DNA of 64,000 nucleotides from the human T2T-CHM13v2.0 reference genome, Homo sapiens. The stretch's first letter is position 1. The number at the start of each line of letters is the position of its first letter. The stretch lies in the NCBI RefSeq assembly GCF_009914755.1, contig NC_060934.1; one strand, written 5' to 3'. Shown here piece by piece: positions 1 to 22,754 of the stretch. The notes beneath the pieces were generated by a model that saw only the letters and a list, made by a program, of their open reading frames with translations, was not told where the DNA came from and did not search any database. The position numbers and the translations under genes are program-made.

Positions 1-201
1 TCAGGAGGTGGAGGTTGCAGTAAGCTGAGATCACGCCACTGCACTCCAGCATGGGGGATAGAGCAAGACTCTGTCTCAAAAAAAAAAAAAAGAAATATAA
101 TAAGAGCCACATAAGTAATTTAAAATTTTCCATTAGCCTCACTAAAATATAGAATCAGGTGACATTAACTTTAATAACATTTTATTTAATCTGACATAAA
201 A

Positions 202-516
<315 letters not shown>

Positions 517-569
517 TTGACATAAAAATGGTATCATTAAACATGAATCAATATAAAAATATGAATTAG

Positions 570-1773
<1,204 letters not shown>

Positions 1774-2289
1774 AAATTAAATAAAATTTAAAGTGCAGCT
1801 CCTCAGCAGCATTAGGCACATGTCAAGGGCTCAACAGCCACACATGGCAGTGGTCTCCATGTTGGAAGGAACAGCTCCTAGCTGCACGGCCTCGTCTGGC
1901 ATGAGGGTTGGATGGGTGGGAGAGGGAGGCTGGAGTCCAAGAGGCTGGTGGGAGGAATCTGTAGGGGACTAGGGACCAGCTATGGGAGGAAAGGTTAGGG
2001 AAACAGACAGGCAGGCCTAGGCCCACCTACAAATGAGGCAGGATCCCCAGCCATGACTCCTACCAAGCTGCACAGGTCTGGCCCACTCGCTCGCAAGGGG
2101 AGTGCCCTGTGGTGGGCTCTTCCCACTAAGGAAGTGATGGCCCTCAAACTCTTGGGTAGAGCTCCTGTCCCCTCCTATACTACTACAAAGGGATCTGGGG
2201 GTGGTGCATGAGGCTGGATCTGAGCAGGCTCCAGCTCTGTGGGTGGAGTGATCTTCCTCTTATCTCTCCCATCTGTGGGCAGCTGGGGA

Positions 2290-2480
2290 GTGTGGTGGTT
2301 AAGTACATGGCCCTGGTTAAACAACTCTGAAGTCAGATACACCTGGGTTCCAACCCAGCTCAGCCAATTCCTTGCTGTGTGACCTTGGATAAGTCAAGTA
2401 TCCTCTCTGAGCCTCAGTTTCCTCATCTGGAAAATGAAAACAAATCATGAAATATTGTAAGACTCTAATTTCTAGAGAGT
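2290..2480 (+). mobile_element. MIR
   Basis: MIR core gctgtgtgaccttggataagtca...ctctgagcctcagtttcctcatctg. Confidence 0.75.
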
Positions 2481-2923
2481 GCCCAGCTCAATCAATCAAA
2501 TGATCAATTAACAATCGCTGTTCTTCCCACGTAATGTCCTTTTCCTGTTAAAAACAGGAAAGTAAGCCTGGCGTGATGGCCCGCACCTATAATCCCAGCT
2601 ATAAATATTTGGGAGACTGAGGCAGGAGGATCACTTGAGCCCAGGAGTTTGAATCCAGCCTGGGCAATATAGCGAGACCCCATCTCTACAAAAACATTAA
2701 AAACTTAAAAATTATTTCAAAATAGGAAAGTAGATTGGAGAATGTTGGTGATTATTGGAAAGGAGATAGCAGAGATGAGCTGAAGAGGGAGGGAGTTAAT
2801 TCCCATGGCTGAGGGTTCCCTTCTAGGGCTCCCCCACATCTCCTGCTGGGGATCCTGCCTCATTTTTAGGTGGGCCCAGGCCTGCCTCTGTTTCCCCACC
2901 CTTCCCTGCCATAGACTTGGTTA

Positions 2924-3340
<417 letters not shown>

Positions 3341-4446
3341 TCAAACTGAATCAGGAGCAGGTGAGGTCACCCTGGGTACCTGGAGTTACTCAGAGTGACA
3401 CTAGTACACGCCTGGCAGGAGTGATGGATGAGCTAGGCTCCAGGAAAGCAGGTGGGGCTGGAAACCACCCAAGACAAGGAAATTGTTGGGTTTGAAATTC
3501 CAGGTAAGCAGAGTATGGCCTGAGAGCAGCGGCAGAGGCTGAAAGTGGGCTTGGTCTCGGTATTTTTGAGGCTGAGGTAGCTCCAACTCTCTCCCTCTGA
3601 GTCAGCACCCCACTTAAGACAGAAATACTGAGATCTGCGACCCCAGCCTCCCCCACAGCAACTCCACAGTCCCCAAACCTTTGCTCCGCTGGGTCCTCCC
3701 AAGTATGGTAGCTGACACAGCCCTGAGCAGCCCACTGTCCTCTGCCCTGCCAAGTCTTCTCACTCTTGTCACTTTGTCCTACATCATTTCTTTGTCTGGC
3801 ACCCCTCCTAGAATTGGTGCCCCAGAGGTGGGAAAAACCTACCCTGCTCACTGCTCTATCTCCTGGGCTTAGCTCAGACTCTGGCATACGTGAGTGCTTA
3901 GTAGAAACTTGATGGGGTATTAAAATTGAGACCTGGGTGGGTTCTCACATTAAATTTCTAACACTCCTTAGGTGGCTTGGGCCCACCCCTCTGAGCCCTG
4001 TTTCCACATCTGTAAAGTAGCAAACCATCGCCATGAAGAACAGGGAAGAACCAGGTCAGCAGGCAGGGCGGATGAAGCATCCAGCCAGTTCTAGGAAGTT
4101 TCCGATGGCTAATCCTTCAGATGCAGCTTGTAAGCAGGTCAAATACAGAATAGGAAACTGAGGCGCAACGAAGTCATGCTTAGAAGTCTGTCCAGGGAGA
4201 CCAGTCAAGGCCTCCCCCACACCCTGCAAGCCCTTCTAGGAGCTCTGGTTAAGTCACTCTCGTTCAATCTCCCTGAGAGGTACCATCCACAGGTCCTGAA
4301 GTGTGTGGCCTGTCCCTGCTGTGTGAGGTGGCCCTCCCCATTCTGCTTCCTCTTTGAGGTGGCCTGGCTCCTGGTGGTAGGCAAGTGCTAGAAGACAGCA
4401 GAGATGGCTGCCTCTGGTGTTGGGAGCTGGAGTCAAAGAGCCAGAG

Positions 4447-4448
<2 letters not shown>

Positions 4449-4486
<38 letters not shown>
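4449..4486. repeat. (GT)19 microsatellite
   Basis: Counted directly. Confidence 0.97.
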
Positions 4487-4490
<4 letters not shown>

Positions 4491-4654
4491 TCATTATCCA
4501 TAAGTACCCACTTGGCCCTCACTATACTCCAAGAGGGAGGCAGTCCAGCCTAGTGGTGAGATGGTGAGATGCTCCCACTATGGAGTCAGGCTGGAGTTGG
4601 CCTTGGGGCAGTCCTTCCTTTTTTTTTTTTTTTTTTTTTTTTTTTGAGACGTAG

Positions 4655-4967
<313 letters not shown>

Positions 4968-5679
4968 TAAAAAAGATGGTTGTGAGGGTGTGGCATGCTC
5001 AGCACTCAGCACAGAGCCTTACTCACCATTAACACTCAACAAACAGCATGTGTTGTTAGTTTTTGTTTTGAGACAGTCTCACTCTGTAGCCCAGGCTAGA
5101 GTGCAATCATGGATCACTGCAGCCTTGATCTCCTGGGCTCAAGTGATCCTCCCACCTCAGTCTCCCAAAGAGCTGGGATTACAGGCATAAGCCACCTTGC
5201 CCCGCCAGTTTTTAGCCTGTCAGCTCTTTGAGGGACACTTGTTATGGTCATACCCACAGCTTTGACCCTTACCAGGTGGTCAGGTGGATGAATGAATGAG
5301 TAGAAAGAAGGAAGAGAAGGCAGGAGGGAGAAGAGGAAGAATGAAGGAAGGGTTGAGTTTGTTCTGGAAGCTCCCAGCTTCCATCCGCACCACACTCTCC
5401 CTCTGTCCCCAGGACACCAGGGAACTGACTCAAGGCTCTCCTCTTACCAGGTGCTGTGTGGGGTCCAGGGAGAAGAGCCCATTTGAAATGGGGCACTGGT
5501 CTAAACTCTGGACCTGCTGCTCACTATTGACTGAACTTAGCCACTTAAATATTCTCCTCTATAAAATGGGAGTGACCATAGCAACTACCTCGCTGAATTG
5601 TAGGGAGACCCAAAAAATGTATATGAATACATTTGTCAACTAAAGAGTGTTAGGGATTATCTCAGTGGAGGGATAGGCA

Positions 5680-5890
5680 GTGCAGGCTCTGGAACCAGAC
5701 TTCTTGTGTTCACATCCCTGCTCCACTGCTTGGAGACCTTTGGCAAGGTCCTTAACTCCTCTGGACCTCAGTTTTCTCATCTGTAAAACAGGGATTATAC
5801 TAGTTCCTACCTCACAGAGTTGTGAAGATTAAATGAGATAATGCATGAAAGGCTTTTCAATAAGAGCAGGGCACACATTAGGCATGATGT
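5680..5890 (+). mobile_element. MIR
   Basis: cctcagttttctcatctgtaaaacagggatt...gttgtgaagattaaatgagataatgcatgaaa. Confidence 0.8.
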
Positions 5891-6869
5891 CCATGATCAA
5901 GTGCCTAATATGTGCCTGCTCTCAGGAAGGATGCTGTGAACTACTTCACACTAAAGTGTAAATGAATGATAAGATCTACTATGCTCCACTCATGCCTGTA
6001 ATCCTAGCACTTTGGGAGGCCGAAGCAAGTGGATCACCTGAGGTCAGGAGTTCGAGACCAGCCTGGCTAACATGGCAAAACTCTGTCTCTACTAAAATAC
6101 AAAAGTTAGCCAGGTGGGGTGGCACATGCCTGTAATCCTAGCTATTCAGGAGGCTGAGGCAGAACTGCTTGAACCCAGGGGGTGGAGGTTGCAGTGGGCC
6201 GTGATTGTGCCACTTCATTCTGGCCTGGGCGACAAGAGTGAAACTCTGTCTCAAAAAAAAAAAGAAATGATCTACTATACTCTCTCTCAGAGGCATATGA
6301 ATCGTAACAGGAATTAAAGGAGTGAAACCCCATCTAATTATGGGATTTTAAAAAGTAAGGCATACAGGGGTAGGTAAGGTCCTTCCTAGGGTCCCTCAAA
6401 ATCACGCCTGCTGCCCACTGCACAAATCCTGCCTGGTCCCAGAGAGGGACCACACACAGAGGAAGGGAGAACATAGTGCCAGTCCCTGAGGAAGCTCCCC
6501 TCTGCTGGAGAAACGAGAGGCAACTGGATCCCCCAATACTGCATCACTCCAGCTAAACATGGAGGGCCTTCGGAGGCATGGCAGGCAGTCGCCCGGGCTA
6601 CAGCAACCAGAAGGGCTTCAAGGACCCTCCAGGGAGCAACAGGAGCCAGGGTGAGGGGGTGGGGAGGGGGATGGGCACTGGATGTGATGAGGACTGACTT
6701 GGGACGACTGACATGGGACCAGCGAGGAAGGGGTGGGCACTCTCCCAGGGCAAGACCCTCACTTTCCAATCCGTTTCCCCCTGACTGGCACCTGTAGTAC
6801 AAGGTGCAGAGGGGGTCAGGAGGTGGGTTCTGAAGCCCTGGCATTGGGGTGTTACCAATGGGCACCCAT

Positions 6870-7538
<669 letters not shown>

Positions 7539-7617
7539 TGACCGGCTACTTTTGTATTTTTAGTAGAGACGGGGTTTTTTCCATGTTGGTCAGGCTGGTC
7601 TCAAACTCCGGACCTCA

Positions 7618-7719
<102 letters not shown>

Positions 7720-7806
7720 TCAGCCTGTTTTGAAATAACAAGGATCCAGGCACGGTGGCTCACGCCTATAATCCCAGGACTTTGGGAGGCTGAGGCGGGC
7801 GGATCA

Positions 7807-8121
<315 letters not shown>

Positions 8122-8659
8122 TTATTTTTAGAGAAGAGGTCTCCCTATCTTGCCCAGGCTGGTCTCAAACTCCTGGTCTCAAGCGATCCTCCGGCCTCGG
8201 CCTCCCAAAGTGCTGGGTTTAAGACGTGAGCCACCGCGCCCTGCCTCCATGTTCTTTAATCTGCTGTCCCTGGCCCAGGGACCTCCGCAGATAAAGCTCG
8301 GTTTCCCCTTTCTGACGCTGTTACCAGTTTGCGGCGGTTAACCCCCCAGAGAGAGCCTGACGCAGATTTGCTGCAGGAAACCACCGAGTCTCACGGCTTG
8401 GCACGAACTCTTCCTTCCGGGCCGGCCAGGATGCCTGAGCGTGGGGGTGGGCAGGGCACCTCCTACTTCCCCCCGCAGATAACCACCAACCCGGCCACAT
8501 CATTCTCACATCTGGGAACTGAGCTCACTCGAGGCTTTTCTCACGTAGCCTCCTTTGAACCTGTTTCCTCATCTGTAAAATGGGGCTAAGGATAGCATCC
8601 ACCTATTTCAGGGTCGTTTTGAGGGAATCCTGGAGAGAAAACTAGGGTTTTCAGCAAAA

Positions 8660-9310
8660 GGATCGGCACAAAGTAGATGTTCGCCGCTCCCCTCCCTCCT
8701 TCCCGCTCCCCCGGGCAGGAAGGCTCGCGTGCGCGAGGCCACAGCGCAAGCGGGTGCAGAGCAGGATTCGAACAGGGTTCCATGCAACTCCGTGCCCAGG
8801 GTCCTACCACCGCCTGAGCTCAGCGGTCTTCAGCCAGCGGGGCCCTTCCACCCCCTTCCTTAATAGTTTTCCTCCTCCGCCTCCTGCACGGCCTCCGCCT
8901 CCGCCTGACCGTCCTCGGAAACCTCCCAGCCGCAGCCCGGCCCTCCCCAGCGGCCTGAGTGGCCTCCTCCCGCGGCGCCCCCCAGCTCCGCACCTCCCCA
9001 GCCCCGCCCGAGGCGCGCCCAGCGAGCGTGACCCCGACCCAGGGCCACGGCTGCGCCCGTAGGATCGCGGGCGCGCGGGTCTCCATGAGGGACTGGGAGA
9101 GATGCGTCACCCGCTAATCCCTCAACTGGGTCGCACCCGGTCTGCCTTGGTTGGTCCCTTCTGATGGCGGAGGCGGGACCTCGACTTGGTGGCCAATGAG
9201 GAGCCTCGTGGGGGTGCTCTCGGCTGCCATGGCAACGGAGGGGCCGCCCGCTTCCCCGCGGGGCGAGGCCGGCTCTCCCAGGACTGGCCACATTGCAGTC
9301 ACGCGCTGTG
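8660..9310. promoter_or_regulatory. Orphan CpG island 1 (non-repeat) with CRE-like, CCAAT and RFX X-box motifs
   Basis: Dense CpG and high GC. TGCGTCA at 9103-9109, CCAAT at 9193-9197, GCTGCCATGGCAAC at 9223-9236. Confidence 0.75.
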
Positions 9311-9392
9311 GCCCCAGTCCTGTTAGCATGAGGTGGGGGTCAGAAGTTGAGGAACAACTCGGACCTAAAGCCTTGACAATTGCCAACAGTGT

Positions 9393-9412
9393 AGACAAGT
9401 CCCAGCATGCCC
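9393..9412. promoter_or_regulatory. p53/p63/p73 response element
   Basis: AGACAAGTCC-CAGCATGCCC matches 19/20 of two RRRCWWGYYY half-sites with no spacer and both CWWG cores intact. Confidence 0.7.
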
Positions 9413-10593
9413 AAAATTTATAAGAGAAGGCTGCCTGGAAGAGGGACACGATGAGGAGGGTCTGCTGAAACGGACAAAGAAACCCAGTTCAGTGCAGTGG
9501 AGTGGACATGGCACGGGCAGGGCACGGAGTGGGGTCGGTGCTTAGTAAGCGGATTAGGGTTTCCAAGCCAAGACCCACCCAGGGCAGGATGGGGAACCAA
9601 GGTGAGCAGGTGCGCTGAATTGTGGGTCTCACACTGTCCTTCAGTGTCCCGCAGGAAGAGAGAGCTAAGGATCACCAGGGTCATTCCCCTGCCTCAGGCA
9701 GCCTGCACTCCACCTTAGGTACAGTCATGTCCGGTCTTCAGCATTCATTAACCTCGTATTCTTCCCAGGAAGAGGAAGGTGACCAGGTTCATTGTCCCCA
9801 TTTCATAAATGAGAAAACTGATGCCTGCCTGCTAAAGTAGCTCACCCTTGGGCCGTGGGGCCTGGCATTGGGCCCAAGCGGGGCCCTTCCAGGGAAGCCC
9901 CAGCCCGCAGTTCTGACGTTGCCCACCCTTGCTGATGGTGCAGGGATGTCAGGGGCAACTGAGCCCCATGTTTAACGAGGCAGGTGAGCTGGGGTCAGAA
10001 CCCTGCCCTGGCCTCTGATGGCCCTGGGTGGGGATGTGTCTAACTCCCTCCTCAGTCACTCTGGGAGGGAGTCCAGTGTTGCCCCACGCTCGTGGCCTCC
10101 AGAAGCCCACAGTCTAATGGGGAGACAGACCCTACAGGGACCACATGATGTGAGAAATGCTGCAGGGGTGACGTGGACAAAGCACAGGGGAGCACAGGAG
10201 AAGGGGTGCCTGAGTCGGCCCAGGGAAGTCAGGGAAGGCCTCACAGCGGAGGCAACCCCAACACAAGATGCAGAGTGCTTGCTAGGCAGCCAAGCAAGGG
10301 GACGGTCGCCATCCCAGGCAGAGGGAGCAAAGGCCTAGAGGCCACCTGTCTGCAAAGCCTAGAGGCATCCCTGAGAGTGGCTCCGAAGAACAAGTCTAGG
10401 AGTGTGGACTACAACTTTAGGCAAGGCCCAGGCTGCAAAGTGAATACCAAAGACAGGGCTGTGTGCTCCACAGTTGGGTGCTTTCAGCCCCCTTCTGAAT
10501 CAGCAGGCACCCACATACACTTTTCTCTAACTGGCAGATTCACAGAACCCCAAGAACCTTTCTCAGGACCCCACTTTGAGAAGTATTGGATTA

Positions 10594-11400
<807 letters not shown>

Positions 11401-11454
11401 TTATTCCCACAGGTGTAACGTTGAGAGAATGAGGCCCGACACTGAGAGTCATTC

Positions 11455-13046
11455 TGAGAGGTGACAGCATGCTGGCAGTCCTCACAGCCCTCGCTCGCTC
11501 TCGGCACCTCCTCTGCCTGGGCTCCCACTTTGGCGGCACTTGAGCCCTTCAGCCTGCCGCTGCACTGTGGGAGCCCCTTTCTGGGCTGGCCAAGGCCAGA
11601 GCCGGCTCCCTCAGCTTGCAGGGAGGTGTGGAGGGAGAGGCGCCGGTGGCAACCGGGTCTGCGCGCGGTGCTTGTGGGCCAGCGCGAGTTCCCGGTGGGC
11701 GTGGGCTCGGCGGGCCCCGCATTAGGAGCGGCCTCGGGCAATGGGGGGCTTAGCACCCGGGCCAGCGGCTGCGGAGGGTGTACTCGGTCCTCCAGCACTG
11801 CCGGCCCACCCAGCAGTGCCGGCCCACTGCGCTCGATTTCTTGCCGGGCCTTAGCTGCCTCCCCGCGGGGCAGGGCTCGGGACCTGCATCCCGCCATGCC
11901 TGAGCCTCCCCCCTCTCCGTGGGCTCCTGTGCGGCCCGAGCCTCCCCGATGAGCGCCGCCCCCTGCTCCACGGCGCCCAGTCCCATCGACCACCCAAGGG
12001 CTGAGAAGTGCGGGCGCACGGCGCGGGACTGGCAAGCAGCTCTACCTGCGGCCCTGGTGCGGGATCCACTGGGTGAAGCCAGCTGGGCTCCTGAGTCTGG
12101 TGGGGACTTGGAGAACCTTTATGTCTAGCTAGGGGATTGTAAATACACCAAATCAGCACTCTGTATCTAACTCAAGGTTTGTAAGCACACCAATCAGCAC
12201 CCTGTGTCTAGCTCAAGGTTTGTGAAGGCACCAATGGACACTCTGTATCTAGCTACTCTGGTGGGGACTTGGAGAACCTGTATGTCTAGCTAAGGGATTG
12301 TAAATACACCAATCGGCACTCTGTATCTAGCTCATGGTTTGTAAACACACCAATCAGCACGCTGTGTCTAGCTCAGGGTTTGCGAATGCACCAATGGACA
12401 CTGTAGCTACTCTGGTGGGGACTTGGAGAACCTCTGTGTGGACACTCTGTATCTAGCTAATCTAGTGGGGAGGTGGAGAACCTTTGTGTTTAGCTCAGGG
12501 ATTGTAAACGCACCAATCAGCGCCCTGTCAAAACAGACCACTCGGCTCTCTGTAAAATGGACCAATCAGCAGGATGTGGGTGGGGCCAGATAAGAGAATA
12601 AAAGCAGGCTGCCCGAGCCAGCCGTGGCAACCTGCTGGGGTCCCCTTCCATACTGTGGAAGCTTTGTTCGTTTGCTCTTTGCAATACATTTTTTGCTTCT
12701 GCTCACTCTTTGGGTCCACACTGCCTTTATGAGCTGTAAAACTCACTGGGAAGATCTGCAGCTTCACTCCTGAGCCAGCGAGACCAGGAACCCACGGGGA
12801 GAAATGAACAACTCCAGGCGCCCCACCTTAAGAGTTGTTAACACTCACCGTGAAGGTCCGCAGCTTCACTCCTGAGCCAGCGAGACAACGAACCCCATTA
12901 GAAAAAAGAAACTCCGAACACATCCGAACATCAGAAGGAACAAACTCCGGACACACCGCCTTTAAGAACTGCAACACTCACCGCGAGGATCCACGGCTTC
13001 GTTCCTTGAAGTCAGTGAGACCAAGAACCCACCAATTCCGGACACA
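11455..13046 (+). mobile_element. Solo LTR12 (LTR12C-like, ERV9/HERV9 LTR)
   Basis: Starts TGAGAGGTGACAGC, ends CAATTCCGGACACA. Perfect 4-bp TSD ATTC (11451-11454 and 13047-13050). CpG-rich 5' U3, tandem CCAAT/GATA repeats, AATAAA TATA-like box at 12597. Confidence 0.95.
12105..12570 (+). repeat. LTR12 U3 ~40-bp tandem enhancer repeats (NF-Y/GATA)
   Basis: Recurrent units such as TTGTAAATACACCAATCAGCACTCTGTATCTAGCT. Seven intact CCAAT at 12190, 12231, 12309, 12350, 12391, 12513 and 12562. Confidence 0.9.
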
Positions 13047-13236
13047 ATTCTGTATGGTCTAGTTATATGAAATTCAAAACTGGGCCAAAGTGATCTATGG
13101 TCAGGGGACTGGTTACCTTTCTGGAGTGTGGTGACTGGAAGGTTGCCAGGAGGAGAGACTCCGGGGCGGGCGGGGAGATGGGGGCAATAATGTCTGTTTC
13201 TTGAGCTGAGTGTTGGCTTTGCAGGTGCATTCTCTT

Positions 13237-19260
<6,024 letters not shown>

Positions 19261-22200
19261 TATATATATATATGTATGAAGGCCAAGGATGAGGGAAGGC
19301 CGGTCTGTCTTGTGACAGGACTTTCAAGAGGAGAAGCAAGGGCCATGGTTTTGCTAAACTTCTCCAAGAGATCTGTCTCTTAGCCAAGGAAGATGAGAGA
19401 GATCCCCCAGCCCTTCCTGGGGGAGGTGTCTGTGATTTTCCTGGCGGGATCCTCAGTCTAAGGGGTTTCTCTCTGGCCTTGGCCTTTGGGTTGAGCAGGA
19501 GCTGCAAACTCTGGTGGACAAAAAGAGCCAGGACATGGCAGTGAGCCAGGAACAGATAACCAGCCTGGGGAGGAACAGGCCCTTGACAGGAAGGCAGGAG
19601 CTGCTGCCAGCAGACAGGAAAGAGTGAGGCCAGCCTCCTCCATCAGCCTGGCTCAGGCAAGCTTTGCTTCCTCCAGCTCCACAGAGGGAAGGGAGGCCAA
19701 GGAGAGCCTCCAGGTCCCGAACAAAGATTTCAGAGGGTGGTCAGGAGACTCTGAGTCATGAACCACAGTCATCGGCTTAGCAGATACTGTGTGCTGGCTT
19801 CAGAAGGACCTTGAACTCAAGGAGCTTAAACTAACTGGGTGGGGCACCCTTTCGCTACTGTGTTAACTGGATCCCTCCTTCCAAACCAGGAGTGATCCCC
19901 TTCCTCGCTGACATCCCACCACATTGATGTAGCCCTCACTCAACCCTTAGCACACACTCATTCGTGTTTTTGCCCTCCATGGACCCCAACCGAGCTGTAA
20001 AGTCTTTGAGAGCAGCTCCTGGGTCTCTAGGGGTCTTTGTATCTCCCCATTGTGTCCGATTCGGTGCACAGAGCAGATGTTTAGGCAACATCCACACCGT
20101 GAGGTTTATGTGAGGGGTACCGACAACAAGAGCAGCCGGAGTTCTGAACAACACAGTTTTGAGGCCCTTCCAAGGTGATCTGGAGGGCTTCCACAGGAGG
20201 AGTTGAGAAATACAGGGGGTCTTGGAGGTAGCATAGAGTTCAGTGAATGGAGAGTAAGCGGCAGGAAGGGGCATTCTGGTGGAAGATCCTGCTGGGGGAA
20301 TGAGGTTTGGGGACCGAGTCCCAGGAAATCTCATATGGGGTGATTCCCAGGTCCAGATGCCCTTGCAGGCTTGCACTGTGTCTGCCAGGAGGTGAGTGCC
20401 AGACACGGGGGCTCTGATTACAGTCCGGAGCCATGATGGGCTCCCAGTTGCCACCTTTTCCAAGAAGCTGACTTTTGAGGAATCCGCCTGGCCACGGGAA
20501 TCACACCATGTTTGCACTGCCCTCAGCTGTTGATTACACCCTCATCCGCGCAACCGGCATCCAGGAAGAACACTTTCTTCCTCACAGGGTGTCTCCTCTC
20601 CTGTTTTCATGTTTATGGCATCAGGTGGTTTGCAGAGTGCTCCACACCCAGACATGTGCGTCCAGTGAGGTCAGCTGAGAAAACAACAGCTTGCCCACCA
20701 CCCTGCTCCCCCCTCATTCTGGGAGCTACAGGCTGGGGCCACGGTCACCCCTGGGCACACGCCCCCACCCCCACCTTCAACACCCCCAGTGCCTCCCGCT
20801 TCCCTTCTGCTTCCCTTCCGTCCCTGCTGTAGCCTCTCTCTTGCCCAAACTGTTGTTTATCAACACAGACCAGAACATTTTGCTGCCAGCAGAAACACAC
20901 ATGGTGATGGCACTGCTACCCACACCCTGCCGTCAACACACTCCCACGTGCTGTTTGCCGCTGTCAAAGCCCTGCTCACACACACATTCTCACCCGCTCC
21001 TGCCAGCACAGCTGTTCCCTGCTGCCTGGAACCAGGCCCTTCATCCCGCACGACACACATGTTCTCTGTGGGTTTTTCTCAATGTACGTGTGTGCTCATG
21101 GTGGAGGCACACACTTGTGAACCAGGCCAGCACACACTCTTCCCTCCGACCTGGGCTGGGGATCTATCACTTGCTACTGTGTGACCTTGGGCAATTGACT
21201 TCACCTCTCTGGGCATCAGATGCCTCACTGTAGAATGGGGATAATGATGACCTATAGAAGATAATTATCCATAGCCTCTCTAAGGGCTTTCTAGATTCTA
21301 TATGGGCTTTTCCATAGGGTCTGTGGTTAGGACAGAGAGCAGGCACCCAGGAAGTGCTGAATCAGCGGGAGCCTTGCGGGTGGGGTGAGTATTGTTGGAG
21401 TCTTTCTGGAATCTGGCCCGTGGTTTTCCTCTCCGAGGCCGGCTGTCAGCCTCACCTCATGTTCACAGCATCCTGGCTGCCTGACCCTGATCCCGGAATG
21501 TCACCTGTCTGCTTCTCATGTTTCACCAGCGAAATGGGCATAACAACCGGTCCCCTCCTGCTCTGCCCCTTGCTCGCCCTCCCCCGTCTTCCCCTGGCCA
21601 TCAGCAGCCCTTCTCTGTCTTGCCTCTTCAACTCAGTCTCTCCTTCTTGGCCGGCAAACCTGCTCCAGTCTTTTTTATCCTGGGAAACAGAGAGATGGAT
21701 GCAGAAGGGAAAGAACACAAATGTGATTTGAGGATTGAGAAAAATCTGGGCTGAGCGGAAGAGCGCCCTGGCTGTCCCTGAGGAGCAAGTGCCAGCATGG
21801 GTGGAGCGCCAAGTCAGGCCATGCTGGAGAGCCAGTGCCTGGGGTGACATTGCCCTAAGCAGCACCACCTTACTTCCTGCTCTTGGTGGAAATCTGTGAG
21901 AGGGGTGGTGGGCAGATCCTGGCCTGGTCTGTGCTGAGCAACTGTGGATTTCCCCTTTTCCTACATGCAGAGACTTTCAAGCTCTGCCCACTGCTGGGAG
22001 CCACTGGAGAGCTGCTGGCTCCGGAGCACCATGGTAAATGGGTTGCCCCTAATCATTGGGATCCCAGGCAAGAGTACAAATGGAGAACCACACACCAGGT
22101 GTGTACATATTCAAAATGTGTACGCCAAGCTTAATCAGCTGTCATATAAAATAAATTCTATCTTCTACCTCCCCTCTGAATTTCAGAAAAACCTGGAAAG

Positions 22201-22534
22201 CCAGGTTTGAATCTGGAATTCCTGGACTCTTCAGAGTCCCTCTCTGGAATTCTGGGGCAAGGGACAGAGGGGCCTAGTTGTGTGACGTGCATGGTGGGGC
22301 TTTAAGGCAGTTGGCTCACTGGGTGAAAACACAAACCGTTTCAATCTGATCAATACTTTATGCTTTTTATTTTGTCCTAGGCCCGTGTGGCCAAAAGACC
22401 CAGAAGGCAGTTGAGCAGCTTAATTAAGACCTGCATTCAAGGCCGGGCGCGGTGGCTCACGCCTGTAATCCCAGCACCTTGGGAGGCCGAGGTGGGCAGA
22501 TTACTAGGTCAGGAGATCGAGACCATCCTGGCTA

Positions 22535-22754
<220 letters not shown>

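Noticed and set aside
12105-12570. Regular ~40-bp repeats superficially like a CRISPR array
   Set aside because: Degenerate tandem units without unique spacers, inside an ERV9 LTR in human DNA, with no cas genes.
20567-20583. GRE-like AGAACActtTCTTCC and other AGAACA half-sites
   Set aside because: The second half lacks the conserved TGT and is at chance level, despite the known glucocorticoid induction of DDIT4.
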